The notes beneath the pieces are model-generated. The model searched no databases, was not told the origin of the DNA, and saw only the letters and a program-made list of their open reading frames with translations. Shown here in pieces: positions 41,424 to 50,754 of a DNA stretch of 64,000 bases (the stretch's first letter is position 1; each line of letters begins with the position of its first letter). The translations under genes and the position numbers were made by a program. Origin of the DNA: Gammaproteobacteria bacterium (GTDB taxonomy: Bacteria > Pseudomonadota > Gammaproteobacteria > Eutrophobiales > Eutrophobiaceae); NCBI GenBank assembly GCA_965221695.1, contig OZ244905.1, positions 800,001 through 864,000 on the forward strand. Reading direction: 5' to 3'.

Positions 41424-42124
41424 TAAAAAACCTGATCATTACCGGCGGCAGCAAGGGGATCGGTCTGGCAACGGCCGGGCTATTCCGGGAACATGGCTAT
41501 CGCATCATCAACCTTTCCCGCTCCCCCTGCCCGCTGGAAAATGCGCTGAACCTGACGGTTGATTTGAGCAAACCGGACTGGGACCGGGCAGGCGCCGCGG
41601 AACTGCATGCGATCCTTCCGGACAAACAGCATACCGTCTTGATCCACAATGCCGGCCTGTTGCGCAAGGACTCGGTGCGGGACCTGGATGCGGAAGCCCT
41701 GCGGGAAGTATTGCAGATAAATCTGGTCGCGCCGGTACAGTTGAACCGGCTGGCGCTGCCGTCGATGGAGCGGGGATCCGCCATCCTCTACGTAGGCTCA
41801 ACGCTTAGTGTAAAAGCCGTGGCAGATACCTGCTCCTACAGTACCACGAAACACGCGCTGGCAGGACTGATGCGCGCCACCTGCCAGGACCTGGCTGGTA
41901 GCGGAATCCATACCGCGTGCATCTGTCCGGGTTTTACTGAAACAGACATGTTGCGCGAGCACGCCGGCAACGATAACGCGATCCTGGACAGCCTGGCGCA
42001 AAACGTCACCATGGAGCGTTTGATTGACCCGATGGAGATTGCCGAAGCGCTGTATTTCTGCGCCCGGCATCCGGTGATGAACGGCGCCACCGTCCAAGCC
42101 AACCTGGGACAGGTCGAGCGTTAA
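41420..42124 (+). CDS. Short-chain dehydrogenase/reductase
   Basis: TGGSKGIG, NAG, YSTTK; ATGA overlap with the upstream gene. Confidence 0.92.
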   Translation: MIKNLIITGGSKGIGLATAGLFREHGYRIINLSRSPCPLENALNLTVDLSKPDWDRAGAAELHAILPDKQHTVLIHNAGLLRKDSVRDLDAEALREVLQINLVAPVQLNRLALPSMERGSAILYVGSTLSVKAVADTCSYSTTKHALAGLMRATCQDLAGSGIHTACICPGFTETDMLREHAGNDNAILDSLAQNVTMERLIDPMEIAEALYFCARHPVMNGATVQANLGQVER

Positions 42125-42151
42125 GCCCAACCTGGGATCGCGAGCTGAGCG

Positions 42152-42913
42152 CTACACCTCCGTATCGCTGTCAAGCGCCAGATAGCGCCTCAGGTAATGC
42201 ACCAGGATGTACAAAGGTATGGTGTCAATTAACGCGACCAGCATCTTGAACAGGTAATTGCTGGCCATCAGCGCCAGCATCTGCTCCAACGAGATGGCGC
42301 CGGACAGGAAAGTGGCTCCAAAAGTAATGCTGATCACCGTAAATGAATCCACTCCCTGACTGACCAGTGTGCTGCAGTTGTTGCGCAACCAGAGATGCCG
42401 ACCCTTGGTCAGGCGTTTCCAGAAGTGAAACAGGTAGACATCGCAGTACTGCGCCGCCACATAGGCCAACATGGATGCCAGCACTGAACCGGAGGTGCAG
42501 GCATAGATCAGTTGGAACAACTCGACGGAACCTGACACCAGTTCGCCACTGGGCAAGGTGACATCCTCTGCCAGCTCAAGCATCTGCCACGGCGGCATGG
42601 AAGCGGGTTGTACCGATGGCAGGTAATTGCCGATGGTGAGGACGAGGATGATAAAGATATTCATCAACAACCCCACCGTCACCAGGAAATTGGCGCGGCG
42701 TTTTCCATACAGCTCACTCACCAGGTCGGTGCACAGGAACGTAAGCGGATAAGGCAGCACCCCTACAGCCAGGGACAGCGGCCCCAGCTCCACGAAACGG
42801 GTGATGCCGACCACGTTGAGCAGGGTCATCGCGCACAGAAAAAAGCCGGCCAAGAGCATAAATACCTGCTCGCGCCGGATATCGATAATATTTGTCGTTG
42901 CAACTGCCAGCAT
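42152..42913 (-). CDS. Queuosine precursor transporter (YhhQ/DUF165 family)
   Basis: Hydrophobic; PYPLTFLCTDLVSELYG and LWLRNNCSTLVSQ motifs. Real start near ATG 42913. Confidence 0.88.
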   Translation of the reverse strand: MLAVATTNIIDIRREQVFMLLAGFFLCAMTLLNVVGITRFVELGPLSLAVGVLPYPLTFLCTDLVSELYGKRRANFLVTVGLLMNIFIILVLTIGNYLPSVQPASMPPWQMLELAEDVTLPSGELVSGSVELFQLIYACTSGSVLASMLAYVAAQYCDVYLFHFWKRLTKGRHLWLRNNCSTLVSQGVDSFTVISITFGATFLSGAISLEQMLALMASNYLFKMLVALIDTIPLYILVHYLRRYLALDSDTEV

Positions 42914-43087
42914 GGGTAGCGTTACCTGGATGTCTTGATTTCGGGAATAGTTCAGAGTCAGAGCAAGGATACCCTGACCCTGAACATTTTGACACAACGC
43001 GTCAAAACAAGACACCCATAGAATTTTGCTGGGTCTTGCGGAATTACTTGACCAACATGTGCCAGTTCGCCTAGGATTGATCGTCCC

Positions 43088-44365
43088 ATGGCGGACAACA
43101 ACAGACACTGGCCGCGGTTCATCGCCTTTGTGGACATGAACGCGTTTTTTGCTTCCATCGAACAACTGGACAACCCCGAATACCGCGGCAAACCCATCGG
43201 TGTCACCAACGGCAAAACCGGGACCTGCCTCATCACCTGTTCGTATGAGGCCCGGGCGCTCGGCATTTACACCACCATGCGGCTGAAACAGGCCCGGAAA
43301 CTGTGTCCGGACTTCATCCAGGTGCCCGCCCGTCCGGAACGCTATGCGGAAGTCTCGACCGGCATCATGCACGCGCTGCTGGATATCTCTCCGGATGTGG
43401 AGGTATTTTCGGTCGACGAGGCGTTTCTCGATATCACCCGCTGCCAGGCCTACTGGAACAAATCTCCCGCGGCGCTGGGCAAAATGATCAAGGCGCTGGT
43501 TTGGGACGTGTCCGGCCTGCCCTGCTCGGTGGGGCTGAGCGGAGACAAAACCACGGCCAAGTTCGCAGGCAAGCAGCAAAAGCCGGACGGTCTGACTATC
43601 ATTGCTCCCTGGGAAGCCCGGGACCGGTTGAAGAACGTGCCGGTAATGGAGCTATGCGGTGTCAACAAGGGCATAGCCGGGTTTCTGGCCCGACGCGGCG
43701 CGTTGACCTGCGGCGATGTCGCAAAATTGCCGATCAGCGTGCTCGGCCAACGCTTCGGCAACCCGGGCCGGCGTATCTGGCAGATGTGCCGGGGAGAAGA
43801 CCCCATGCCGGTCGAGACAAAAATCGCCCCGCCCAAAAGCCTGGGACACGGGAAGATAATGCCACCCAATACGACCGACAGGGATGTTGTCTACATGTAC
43901 CTGATCCACATGGCCGAGAAACTGGGGTTCCGCCTGAGACAACATTCCCTGGCCGCCCGGAAGTTCTTCATCGGGCTGCGTACCAGGGACGGCTGGGTGG
44001 GCAGCAATAAACTGAAGACAGTGTTTCCGACCAACGACAGCCGGCCGATCATCGAACTATGCCACCGGGTCTTGCAAGAATACTGGCGCGGCGAAGGTGT
44101 TTTCCAGGTACAGGTGACCGCGCTGGACCCGCGCCCGGCAAAAGGCCAGACCGAGCTTTTCGGGGAAGAGGAAGACAGGTTCCACCGCCTGAACAAAGTT
44201 ATGGATGAGGTTAACAACCGCTACGGAGAATTCACCCTGACCCGAGCCACGCTGATGCAACGTTCCGACATGCCCAACGTGATCGCCCCGGCCTGGAAGC
44301 CCTACGGGCACAGGCAGACCATCGTGCCGACAACAGAGCGGCTGAAAGCGGAGGCTAAAACATGA
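43088..44365 (+). CDS. dinB: DNA polymerase IV (Y-family)
   Basis: VDMNAFFASIE, SYEAR, SVDEAFLD, AK...KPDG. Confidence 0.93.
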   Translation: MADNNRHWPRFIAFVDMNAFFASIEQLDNPEYRGKPIGVTNGKTGTCLITCSYEARALGIYTTMRLKQARKLCPDFIQVPARPERYAEVSTGIMHALLDISPDVEVFSVDEAFLDITRCQAYWNKSPAALGKMIKALVWDVSGLPCSVGLSGDKTTAKFAGKQQKPDGLTIIAPWEARDRLKNVPVMELCGVNKGIAGFLARRGALTCGDVAKLPISVLGQRFGNPGRRIWQMCRGEDPMPVETKIAPPKSLGHGKIMPPNTTDRDVVYMYLIHMAEKLGFRLRQHSLAARKFFIGLRTRDGWVGSNKLKTVFPTNDSRPIIELCHRVLQEYWRGEGVFQVQVTALDPRPAKGQTELFGEEEDRFHRLNKVMDEVNNRYGEFTLTRATLMQRSDMPNVIAPAWKPYGHRQTIVPTTERLKAEAKT

Positions 44366-45345
44366 CCATGACCTTTATCAACGCCGCGGCCGTGCGCGAA
44401 TTGCTGCCCATGAACGAATGCATAGACATCATGGAACCCGCGATGGTCGCCGCGACCAACGGAACAATATCCATGCCTCCCCGGTTGGTCGCGCCGCTTA
44501 TTGATGAAAGCGGGTTGTTTTTGCTGATGCCCGGTTCCAGCGCCGAACTGGCCATGTTCGGCGCTAAGCTGCTCAGCCTGATCCCGGATAATCCCGCCCG
44601 GGGACTCCCTGCCATCCAGGGCTTCATCGCGTTGTTTGACCATACCACCGGCACGCCTGTTGCCATCATCGACGGCGCTGAGGTAACCGCTATCCGCACT
44701 GCCGCGGCATCCGGCCTGGCGACGCGCTGCTTAGCGCGCGCCGATGCGCGCAGTTGCGGCATCTTCGGCAACGGCACGCAGGCGCAGACCCATGTTGATG
44801 CGATGCGCGCAGTACGCCCGGTGGATGAGATCATCGTTTGGGGGCGCAACCCGGACAACGCGCAAGCCTTCGCCGGTGAACAGGCGCAGCGTACCGGCAT
44901 CAATGTTCGGGCAACAACGGACCCGGCAGAGGCCGGCGCCTGCGACCTGGTATGCGCTACCACCACTTCACCTGAGCCTATCCTCGCGGGTGAGTGGGTG
45001 AAGCCCGGCGCGCATGTCAACCTGGTTGGCGCCCACAGCCTGACCACGCGCGAAGGCAACACCGACCTGATCGTCAAGTCCTCGGTCTATGTGGATCTGA
45101 TGGAATCCATGCGCAACGAGGGGGGCGATATCATGATACCTATACAGGAAGGCGCTATCGATGCAGCGCATATTGTCGGGGAGTTGGGCGAGTTGCTGCA
45201 AGACAAAATTCCCGGCAGGCAGGATGATCGGCAGATCACACTCTACCAGTCCCATGGCATCAACGCCCAGGATATGTTCGCGGCCAAACATATTTATACT
45301 AAAGCGCAAAGTGCAAATGCTGGGCTGACCGTGGATTTTTGCTAA
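44362..45345 (+). CDS. Ornithine cyclodeaminase/mu-crystallin family protein
   Basis: TAIRTAAASGLA, IFGNGTQA, GAHVNLVG. Confidence 0.9.
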   Translation: MTMTFINAAAVRELLPMNECIDIMEPAMVAATNGTISMPPRLVAPLIDESGLFLLMPGSSAELAMFGAKLLSLIPDNPARGLPAIQGFIALFDHTTGTPVAIIDGAEVTAIRTAAASGLATRCLARADARSCGIFGNGTQAQTHVDAMRAVRPVDEIIVWGRNPDNAQAFAGEQAQRTGINVRATTDPAEAGACDLVCATTTSPEPILAGEWVKPGAHVNLVGAHSLTTREGNTDLIVKSSVYVDLMESMRNEGGDIMIPIQEGAIDAAHIVGELGELLQDKIPGRQDDRQITLYQSHGINAQDMFAAKHIYTKAQSANAGLTVDFC

Positions 45346-45346
45346 C

Positions 45347-45500
45347 GGGTCGCCCTACGGGCGACACAGTATTAGACTGGACTCCCGCTTCCGCGGGAGT
45401 GGGACGGTAGCGGTGTTCGCGCAAGCGCCCCCACCCCATTCCCGCGAAAGCGGGAATCCAGTGGGACAACAGGTCGCCCACAGGGCGACACAATATATGA
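45347..45500. repeat. Composite REP/BIME-like element
   Basis: Two GTCGCCC/GGGCGAC hairpins flanking two inverted copies of the CTCCCGC/GCGGGAG (ATTCCCGC/GCGGGAAT) palindrome. Confidence 0.85.
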
Positions 45501-45608
45501 GGCTGATCTGAGAGTGAACAAACAGCAGCGAACAGTGAACAAAATAGTTTGCAAATTTAATAAGATAAATTAGAATAGTCCGTTTAATGCCTCGCCAATA
45601 CAGGAACC

Positions 45609-47687
45609 ATGTCTGAACACACTACGGCTACAATAACAGATACGCTGTTTGGCGAATTGCTGTCAGACCGGCTCCTGCAAGAGGAAGAGAAAAATGTTCC
45701 TGTCCCGCGCACCGATCCGGTAACCGAAACACTGGCGCTTTCCGGCACGGCCCTGCTGGAACGGCAGCGCCAAGCGGGTTACTGGCGTTTTGATCTTGAA
45801 GCGGATACCACGATCCCCTCTGAATATATCCTGTTGCAGCGCTTGCTCGGCAGGGTTGACCGCGCGCGTGAACAGCGTCTGGCAGATTATATCCTCAGCC
45901 GGCAATTACCGGACGGAAGCTGGCCCCTGTATGAGGGCGGTCCCGGTAATATCAGCGCCACCGTAAAAGCCTATTTTGCTTTGAAAACAGCGGGCAGGGA
46001 CCCCGCCGGAGAAGCGATGCAGCGTGCCTGCGCCTGGGTACGCGGCAACGGCGGCGCGGAGCAGGTCAATGTGTTTACCCGTATTCTGTTGGCAACCTTC
46101 GGCCAGGCGCCCTGGAGAACCGTGCCCGCAATGCTGGCGGAGGTAATCTGGTTGCCGCGCTGGTGGTTTTTCAGCCTGGATAAGGTGTCCTACTGGTCGC
46201 GCTGCGTTATCATTCCGCTGTTGCTGATCTTTGCCTTCAAGCCGGTTCACCGGGGCACAGACATCAGGGAGTTGTTTAACAGTGATCCTGAGTCCCTGAA
46301 ACACATCGACAAATTCATCCCCGGCGCACGCGTGAAAAACGCATTCATCCTGCTGGACCGCCTGCTCAAATTACTGGAACCGATGGTCCCCGGATTTATC
46401 AGGCGGCTGTCGATGCGCAAGCTGGAAACCTGGATGCGCGAACACATGCGCGGCGAGGGCGGTATCGGCGCAATCTTTCCGGCGATGGCAAATGCCGTAT
46501 ACGCGCTCAAACTGCTGGGCTGCGATGCAAGTGACCCGGACCTGGCGCGCGGCCTGCAGGCAATTGAGGACCTGGTAACCGAAGAAGCGGCGGAAACCTA
46601 CGTGCAACCCTGTGTTTCGCCGATCTGGGATACCTGCTTGAGCTTATCTGCGCTGTCTGAAGCCGGCCTGCGGGCGGACAACAAAGCTATCAAACCGGCT
46701 ACCGACTGGTTGTTCGACAAGCAGGTGTTTACCCGGGGCGACTGGATCAGCAAGGCGCCGGACCTGGAAGGCGGCGGCTGGGCGTTCCAGTTCGAGAATG
46801 ACTTCTATCCCGATGTTGATGATACCAGCATGGTGGTGATGGCCCTGTTGCGGGTTGGCGCCCATTACCATCCGGACAAGAAAAGACGCATCGCCCAGGC
46901 TGTCAACTGGACTATCGGCATGCAGAATACCGATGGCGGCTGGGGCGCCTTCGATATCGACAACCATTATGAATACCTGAACAATATTCCGTTCGCCGAT
47001 CACGGCGCGCTGGTCGACCCCAGCACCGCCGATCTGACCGGGCGTTGTATTGAAATGCTGGCCATGCTCGGCTATGACAAGACCTTTCCTCCCATCGCCC
47101 GGGCCATTGAGTTTCTGCAACAGGACCAGGAACCCTGCGGCGCCTGGTTCGGCCGCTGGGGCGTAAATTATATCTACGGGACCTGGGCCGTGCTGGTCGG
47201 CTTGGGCGCGCTGGGCGAGGACCCGAACCAACCCTGGCTGCGCAAAGCCGTGAAATGGTTGAAGGATATCCAGAACAGTGACGGCGGCTGGGGCGAGAGT
47301 TGCGACACGTACAACGACCCGACACTGGCCGGGTCGGGAGAAAGTACCGCATCGCAAACCGCTTGGGCGCTGCTGGGCCTGATGGCAATGGGCGAGACAG
47401 AATCAGAAGCAGTGGAAAAAGGCATCAGTTATCTGGTGCGCAATTTCGACAGGGCAAAAGGCTGGAAAGAAGCATCTTTCACCGGCACCGGGTTCCCGCG
47501 GGTGTTCTACCTGCGCTACCACGGCTACAGCCACTATTTCCCGGTCTGGGCGCTGGGCGTGTATGCGCGCTACCGGCAGGGACTGGAAACCCGCCAGGAT
47601 ATGCTGATACGGGAAGGACAGGTTGACCTGGGCGTATTGCCCGTACTCAGCAGCAAACACTACCAGTCGAGATTCGCCGCCAGATAG
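45609..47687 (+). CDS. shc: Squalene-hopene cyclase
   Basis: YPDVDDT catalytic motif, several QW repeats (QLPDGSW, QNTDGGW, QNSDGGW), TGTGFPRVFYLRY. Confidence 0.95.
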   Translation: MSEHTTATITDTLFGELLSDRLLQEEEKNVPVPRTDPVTETLALSGTALLERQRQAGYWRFDLEADTTIPSEYILLQRLLGRVDRAREQRLADYILSRQLPDGSWPLYEGGPGNISATVKAYFALKTAGRDPAGEAMQRACAWVRGNGGAEQVNVFTRILLATFGQAPWRTVPAMLAEVIWLPRWWFFSLDKVSYWSRCVIIPLLLIFAFKPVHRGTDIRELFNSDPESLKHIDKFIPGARVKNAFILLDRLLKLLEPMVPGFIRRLSMRKLETWMREHMRGEGGIGAIFPAMANAVYALKLLGCDASDPDLARGLQAIEDLVTEEAAETYVQPCVSPIWDTCLSLSALSEAGLRADNKAIKPATDWLFDKQVFTRGDWISKAPDLEGGGWAFQFENDFYPDVDDTSMVVMALLRVGAHYHPDKKRRIAQAVNWTIGMQNTDGGWGAFDIDNHYEYLNNIPFADHGALVDPSTADLTGRCIEMLAMLGYDKTFPPIARAIEFLQQDQEPCGAWFGRWGVNYIYGTWAVLVGLGALGEDPNQPWLRKAVKWLKDIQNSDGGWGESCDTYNDPTLAGSGESTASQTAWALLGLMAMGETESEAVEKGISYLVRNFDRAKGWKEASFTGTGFPRVFYLRYHGYSHYFPVWALGVYARYRQGLETRQDMLIREGQVDLGVLPVLSSKHYQSRFAAR

Positions 47688-47696
47688 CCTTTCAGC

Positions 47697-48605
47697 ATGT
47701 TGCAAGAAGTTGCGAACGGCACAATCAGAGAAATAGACGGGCAGGAACGCGTCTATTACGAAGGTTACTGGATTCGCCACTACAATGTGCCGAACAATCT
47801 TACCTATAAAAAAAATCTTATCGACCAGTTGACCCGGCGCGTATTTCACCATGTTGAACCCGGCATAAATGCCCCCGGCGACAAACTCGATGAGGTCCGG
47901 CGCAAATACAAAGCGGAACAAAATGCATCAAAAAAACGCGTGCTGGCCGCAATGCTGGCCGGCGCCCTGCTGAACCGCGGGTCAGATATTCTGACTCACA
48001 TCGTCGAGCTGGAACAGATCGGCGTCACGATTAATCCCGAAAACGAGTTGCTGAAAGAATGCGGGCTGTGTTTTTTGGGCGCACTGGAGTATGGCAAATA
48101 CATCCGGGTGAAACACGGCAGGGAAGGACTGGAAGAACTCTGGGGAGAGCCCTTCCGGGCTTTCACCACGCCGGTTGAGCGATTCCTGGAGAGTCGTTAC
48201 ATCAAGATCGCGCACACCATGCGGGAAATCGATGAGATTGCCGACAAGATGAACGAGGTCTTTGCCAAAGCGCCCATGTTCAGCAGCCTGACAACGCTGA
48301 TCTCGGAGCTGGCCGAGAGTGGAAAAAACACGATGGAAACCATGCGCAGCGATCCGGCCATCATAGAAATATGGCCGTGCTTTGTCAGCGCTTGCGAAAA
48401 GGTTGCCGATTGCAAACCTGTGCTGGCTGAAGACGCGACCCGGCGCGAACATGCCCTGGGAAAACGCGGCATCGATATTTTCCACCGTTGCGGCACACTG
48501 ATCGACGACTTGACCAATTACCGCATCCCGATGCCGAAAACCACCCAGACCCTACTCCGCGACTGCGACCAGTTCAGGGAAAAATATGCGGCCCGCCTGT
48601 ACTGA
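47697..48605 (+). CDS. Hypothetical protein co-transcribed with shc
   Basis: 302-aa ORF starting 10 nt after the shc stop; no recognised motif. Confidence 0.75.
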   Translation: MLQEVANGTIREIDGQERVYYEGYWIRHYNVPNNLTYKKNLIDQLTRRVFHHVEPGINAPGDKLDEVRRKYKAEQNASKKRVLAAMLAGALLNRGSDILTHIVELEQIGVTINPENELLKECGLCFLGALEYGKYIRVKHGREGLEELWGEPFRAFTTPVERFLESRYIKIAHTMREIDEIADKMNEVFAKAPMFSSLTTLISELAESGKNTMETMRSDPAIIEIWPCFVSACEKVADCKPVLAEDATRREHALGKRGIDIFHRCGTLIDDLTNYRIPMPKTTQTLLRDCDQFREKYAARLY

Positions 48606-48615
48606 GGGCATTTCC

Positions 48616-48795
48616 CCGTACCACTCCCGCCCCTGCTCAACGACATACAGGGGCAGGCTGGGAAGCGGGAGTCCAGTCATATACTGTGTCACCCATCCAC
48701 CATACCACTCCCGCGAAAGCGGGAGTCCAGTCATATACTGTGTCACCCGAAGGGTGACTCTTTGTCCCACTGGATTCCCGTTTGCCCAGGTATGA
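48616..48795. repeat. Composite REP/BIME-like element with internal direct repeat
   Basis: TACCACTCCCGC..AAGCGGGAGTCCAGTCATATACTGTGTCACCC occurs twice, followed by an inverted ACTGGATTCCCG copy. Confidence 0.85.
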
Positions 48796-48809
48796 TGCAG
48801 GAGGACGCG

Positions 48810-50579
48810 ATGAGCAGCTATAACGCCCCCACCCGCGACATGCGTTTTGTATTGAACGAACTGGCAGGGCTGTCCGCCGTCAATCAACTACCGGGGCTGG
48901 AAGATGCCACGGAAGACACCGTAAATGCCGTCCTGGAAGAGGCGGCTAAGTTCGCCGCCACAGCGCTGGCGCCGCTCAATCGCGCCGGGGACATCGCCGG
49001 CGCCGGATTTGAAGACGGCAAGGCCATCCCCCCCGATGGATTCAAGGACGCCTACCAGGCATTTGTCGAAGGCGGCTGGGCATCGCTACCGTTTGAGCCT
49101 GAATTTGGCGGTCAAGGGCTGCCGGAGTTGGTAGCCGCCGCAACTAATGAAATCTGGCAGTCGGCCAATATGGGCTTCGCCCTGTGCCCGATGCTGACGG
49201 AAGGCTGTGCCGTCGCACTGGGCATACACGGCTCCCACGACATGAAGGCAATCTTCCTGCCGAAGCTGGTATCCGGCGAGTGGGCAGGCACGATGAACCT
49301 GACCGAACCCCAGGCCGGCTCGGACCTGGCCGAGATAAGGACCAGGGCTGTGCCTAACGGCGATACATACCTCATTTCAGGGCGGAAAATCTTCATCACC
49401 TGGGGTGACCATGACTTCACGGACAATATCCTGCACCTGGTCCTGGCGCGCCTGCCCGATGCGCCGCCGGGAATCAAGGGCCTCAGCCTGTTCCTGGTTC
49501 CGAAGTACATGGTCAACGCGGACGGCTCGACCGGTCGGCGCAACGATGTCCAGCCGGTTTCCATCGAACACAAGCTGGGTATTCACAGCAGCCCGACCTG
49601 CGTGATGAGCTACGGCGACAACGGCGGCGCGCACGGTTACCTGGTGGGCGCGGAGCATGACGGGATAGCCTGCATGTTTACCATGATGAACCATGCTCGC
49701 CTGTCGGTCGGCATCCAGGGTCTGAGTATCAGCGAACGCGCCTACCAGCAAGCGCTGGGCTATGCGAAAGAGCGCGAACAAGGCAGAAAACCAGGTCAGT
49801 CCGGCCGCGCCCGGATCATCCAGCACGCGGATGTGCGCCGGATGCTGATGTTGATGAAATCCGGCTGTGAAGCGATGCGGGCGCTCGCCTGTGTCGCCGC
49901 CGCATCGCTTGATCACATGAACCGGTCTTCAGAACAAGCCAAACACAGTGCAAGATTCGCCCTGCTGACCCCGGTGGTTAAAGCCTGGTGTACCGAACTG
50001 GCCCAGGAAATCACCTCCCTGGGGGTACAGGTGCACGGTGGCATGGGCTATATTGAGGAAACCGGCGCCGCGCAGCACTTCCGGGATGCCCGCATCACCA
50101 GCATCTATGAAGGCACCAATGGCATCCAGGCCCAGGACCTGGTCGGCCGCAAGGTTATCCGGGACAACGGCAAGGCCATCCGGGAACTCATCGGCGAGAT
50201 CCGGCAAACCGTGGCGGAACTATCCGTTGCCGATGCCAACCAGGCCGTAATCCGGCGCGCCCTGGAGGCTGCGACAGAAAACCTGGCACAGGCAACGGAC
50301 TGGTTATTGGACAACTGTCACGATGACCCGGATGTGCCGGGTTCCGTTGCCGTCAATTTCCTCATGCTCATGGGCTATGTCTGCGGCGGCTGGCTGATGG
50401 CCCGGGCGGCTATGATTGCGGCGCAAAAAACCGCCTCCTCAACTGATGATTTTTATCACAGCAAGACAGTCACGGCGCGCTTCTACGCCGAACATTACCT
50501 GCCCAGGACCGCCGGTTATTTCTTGGCCATCCAGGCCGGCAGCAGTTCGATCATGGCCCTGGATGAAGGGCAGTTTTGA
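48810..50579 (+). CDS. Acyl-CoA dehydrogenase (DmdC/MmgC-like long type)
   Basis: MNLTEPQAGSDL, KIFITWGDHD, EHKLGIHSSPT, GVQVHGGMGY, IYEGTNGIQA. ATG 48810 follows RBS GGAGG. Confidence 0.92.
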   Translation: MSSYNAPTRDMRFVLNELAGLSAVNQLPGLEDATEDTVNAVLEEAAKFAATALAPLNRAGDIAGAGFEDGKAIPPDGFKDAYQAFVEGGWASLPFEPEFGGQGLPELVAAATNEIWQSANMGFALCPMLTEGCAVALGIHGSHDMKAIFLPKLVSGEWAGTMNLTEPQAGSDLAEIRTRAVPNGDTYLISGRKIFITWGDHDFTDNILHLVLARLPDAPPGIKGLSLFLVPKYMVNADGSTGRRNDVQPVSIEHKLGIHSSPTCVMSYGDNGGAHGYLVGAEHDGIACMFTMMNHARLSVGIQGLSISERAYQQALGYAKEREQGRKPGQSGRARIIQHADVRRMLMLMKSGCEAMRALACVAAASLDHMNRSSEQAKHSARFALLTPVVKAWCTELAQEITSLGVQVHGGMGYIEETGAAQHFRDARITSIYEGTNGIQAQDLVGRKVIRDNGKAIRELIGEIRQTVAELSVADANQAVIRRALEAATENLAQATDWLLDNCHDDPDVPGSVAVNFLMLMGYVCGGWLMARAAMIAAQKTASSTDDFYHSKTVTARFYAEHYLPRTAGYFLAIQAGSSSIMALDEGQF

Positions 50580-50603
50580 TCATATGAGAGTTTAGAACAC
50601 TAA

Positions 50604-50754
50604 GGAAACTCTGATTTAGTCAGAGTTTCCTGCGATACAGGGATGTATCGCCAAATTCAATGACGATAAGTCATTGAATTTGAGAGCAAAACAAAAATCG
50701 CATTTTTGTTTTGCGTGCTCTGACAAGTCCAGGATGGACTTGTTCAGAGCTTCC
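50604..50754. mobile_element. MITE copy C (151 bp)
   Basis: TSD CTAA at 50600-50603 and 50755-50758; interrupts the last codons of the fic gene. Confidence 0.9.

Noticed and set aside
42914-43579. N-terminal extension of the YhhQ ORF, and a possible preQ1 riboswitch or SOS box in the gap
   Set aside because: The extension overlaps dinB antisense. No preQ1 consensus or CTGT-N8-ACAG box was seen, only an unassigned inverted repeat at 42950-42985.
48616-48795. Possible CRISPR array (direct repeats)
   Set aside because: Only two copies, no regular unique spacers, no cas genes; it belongs to the dispersed REP family.
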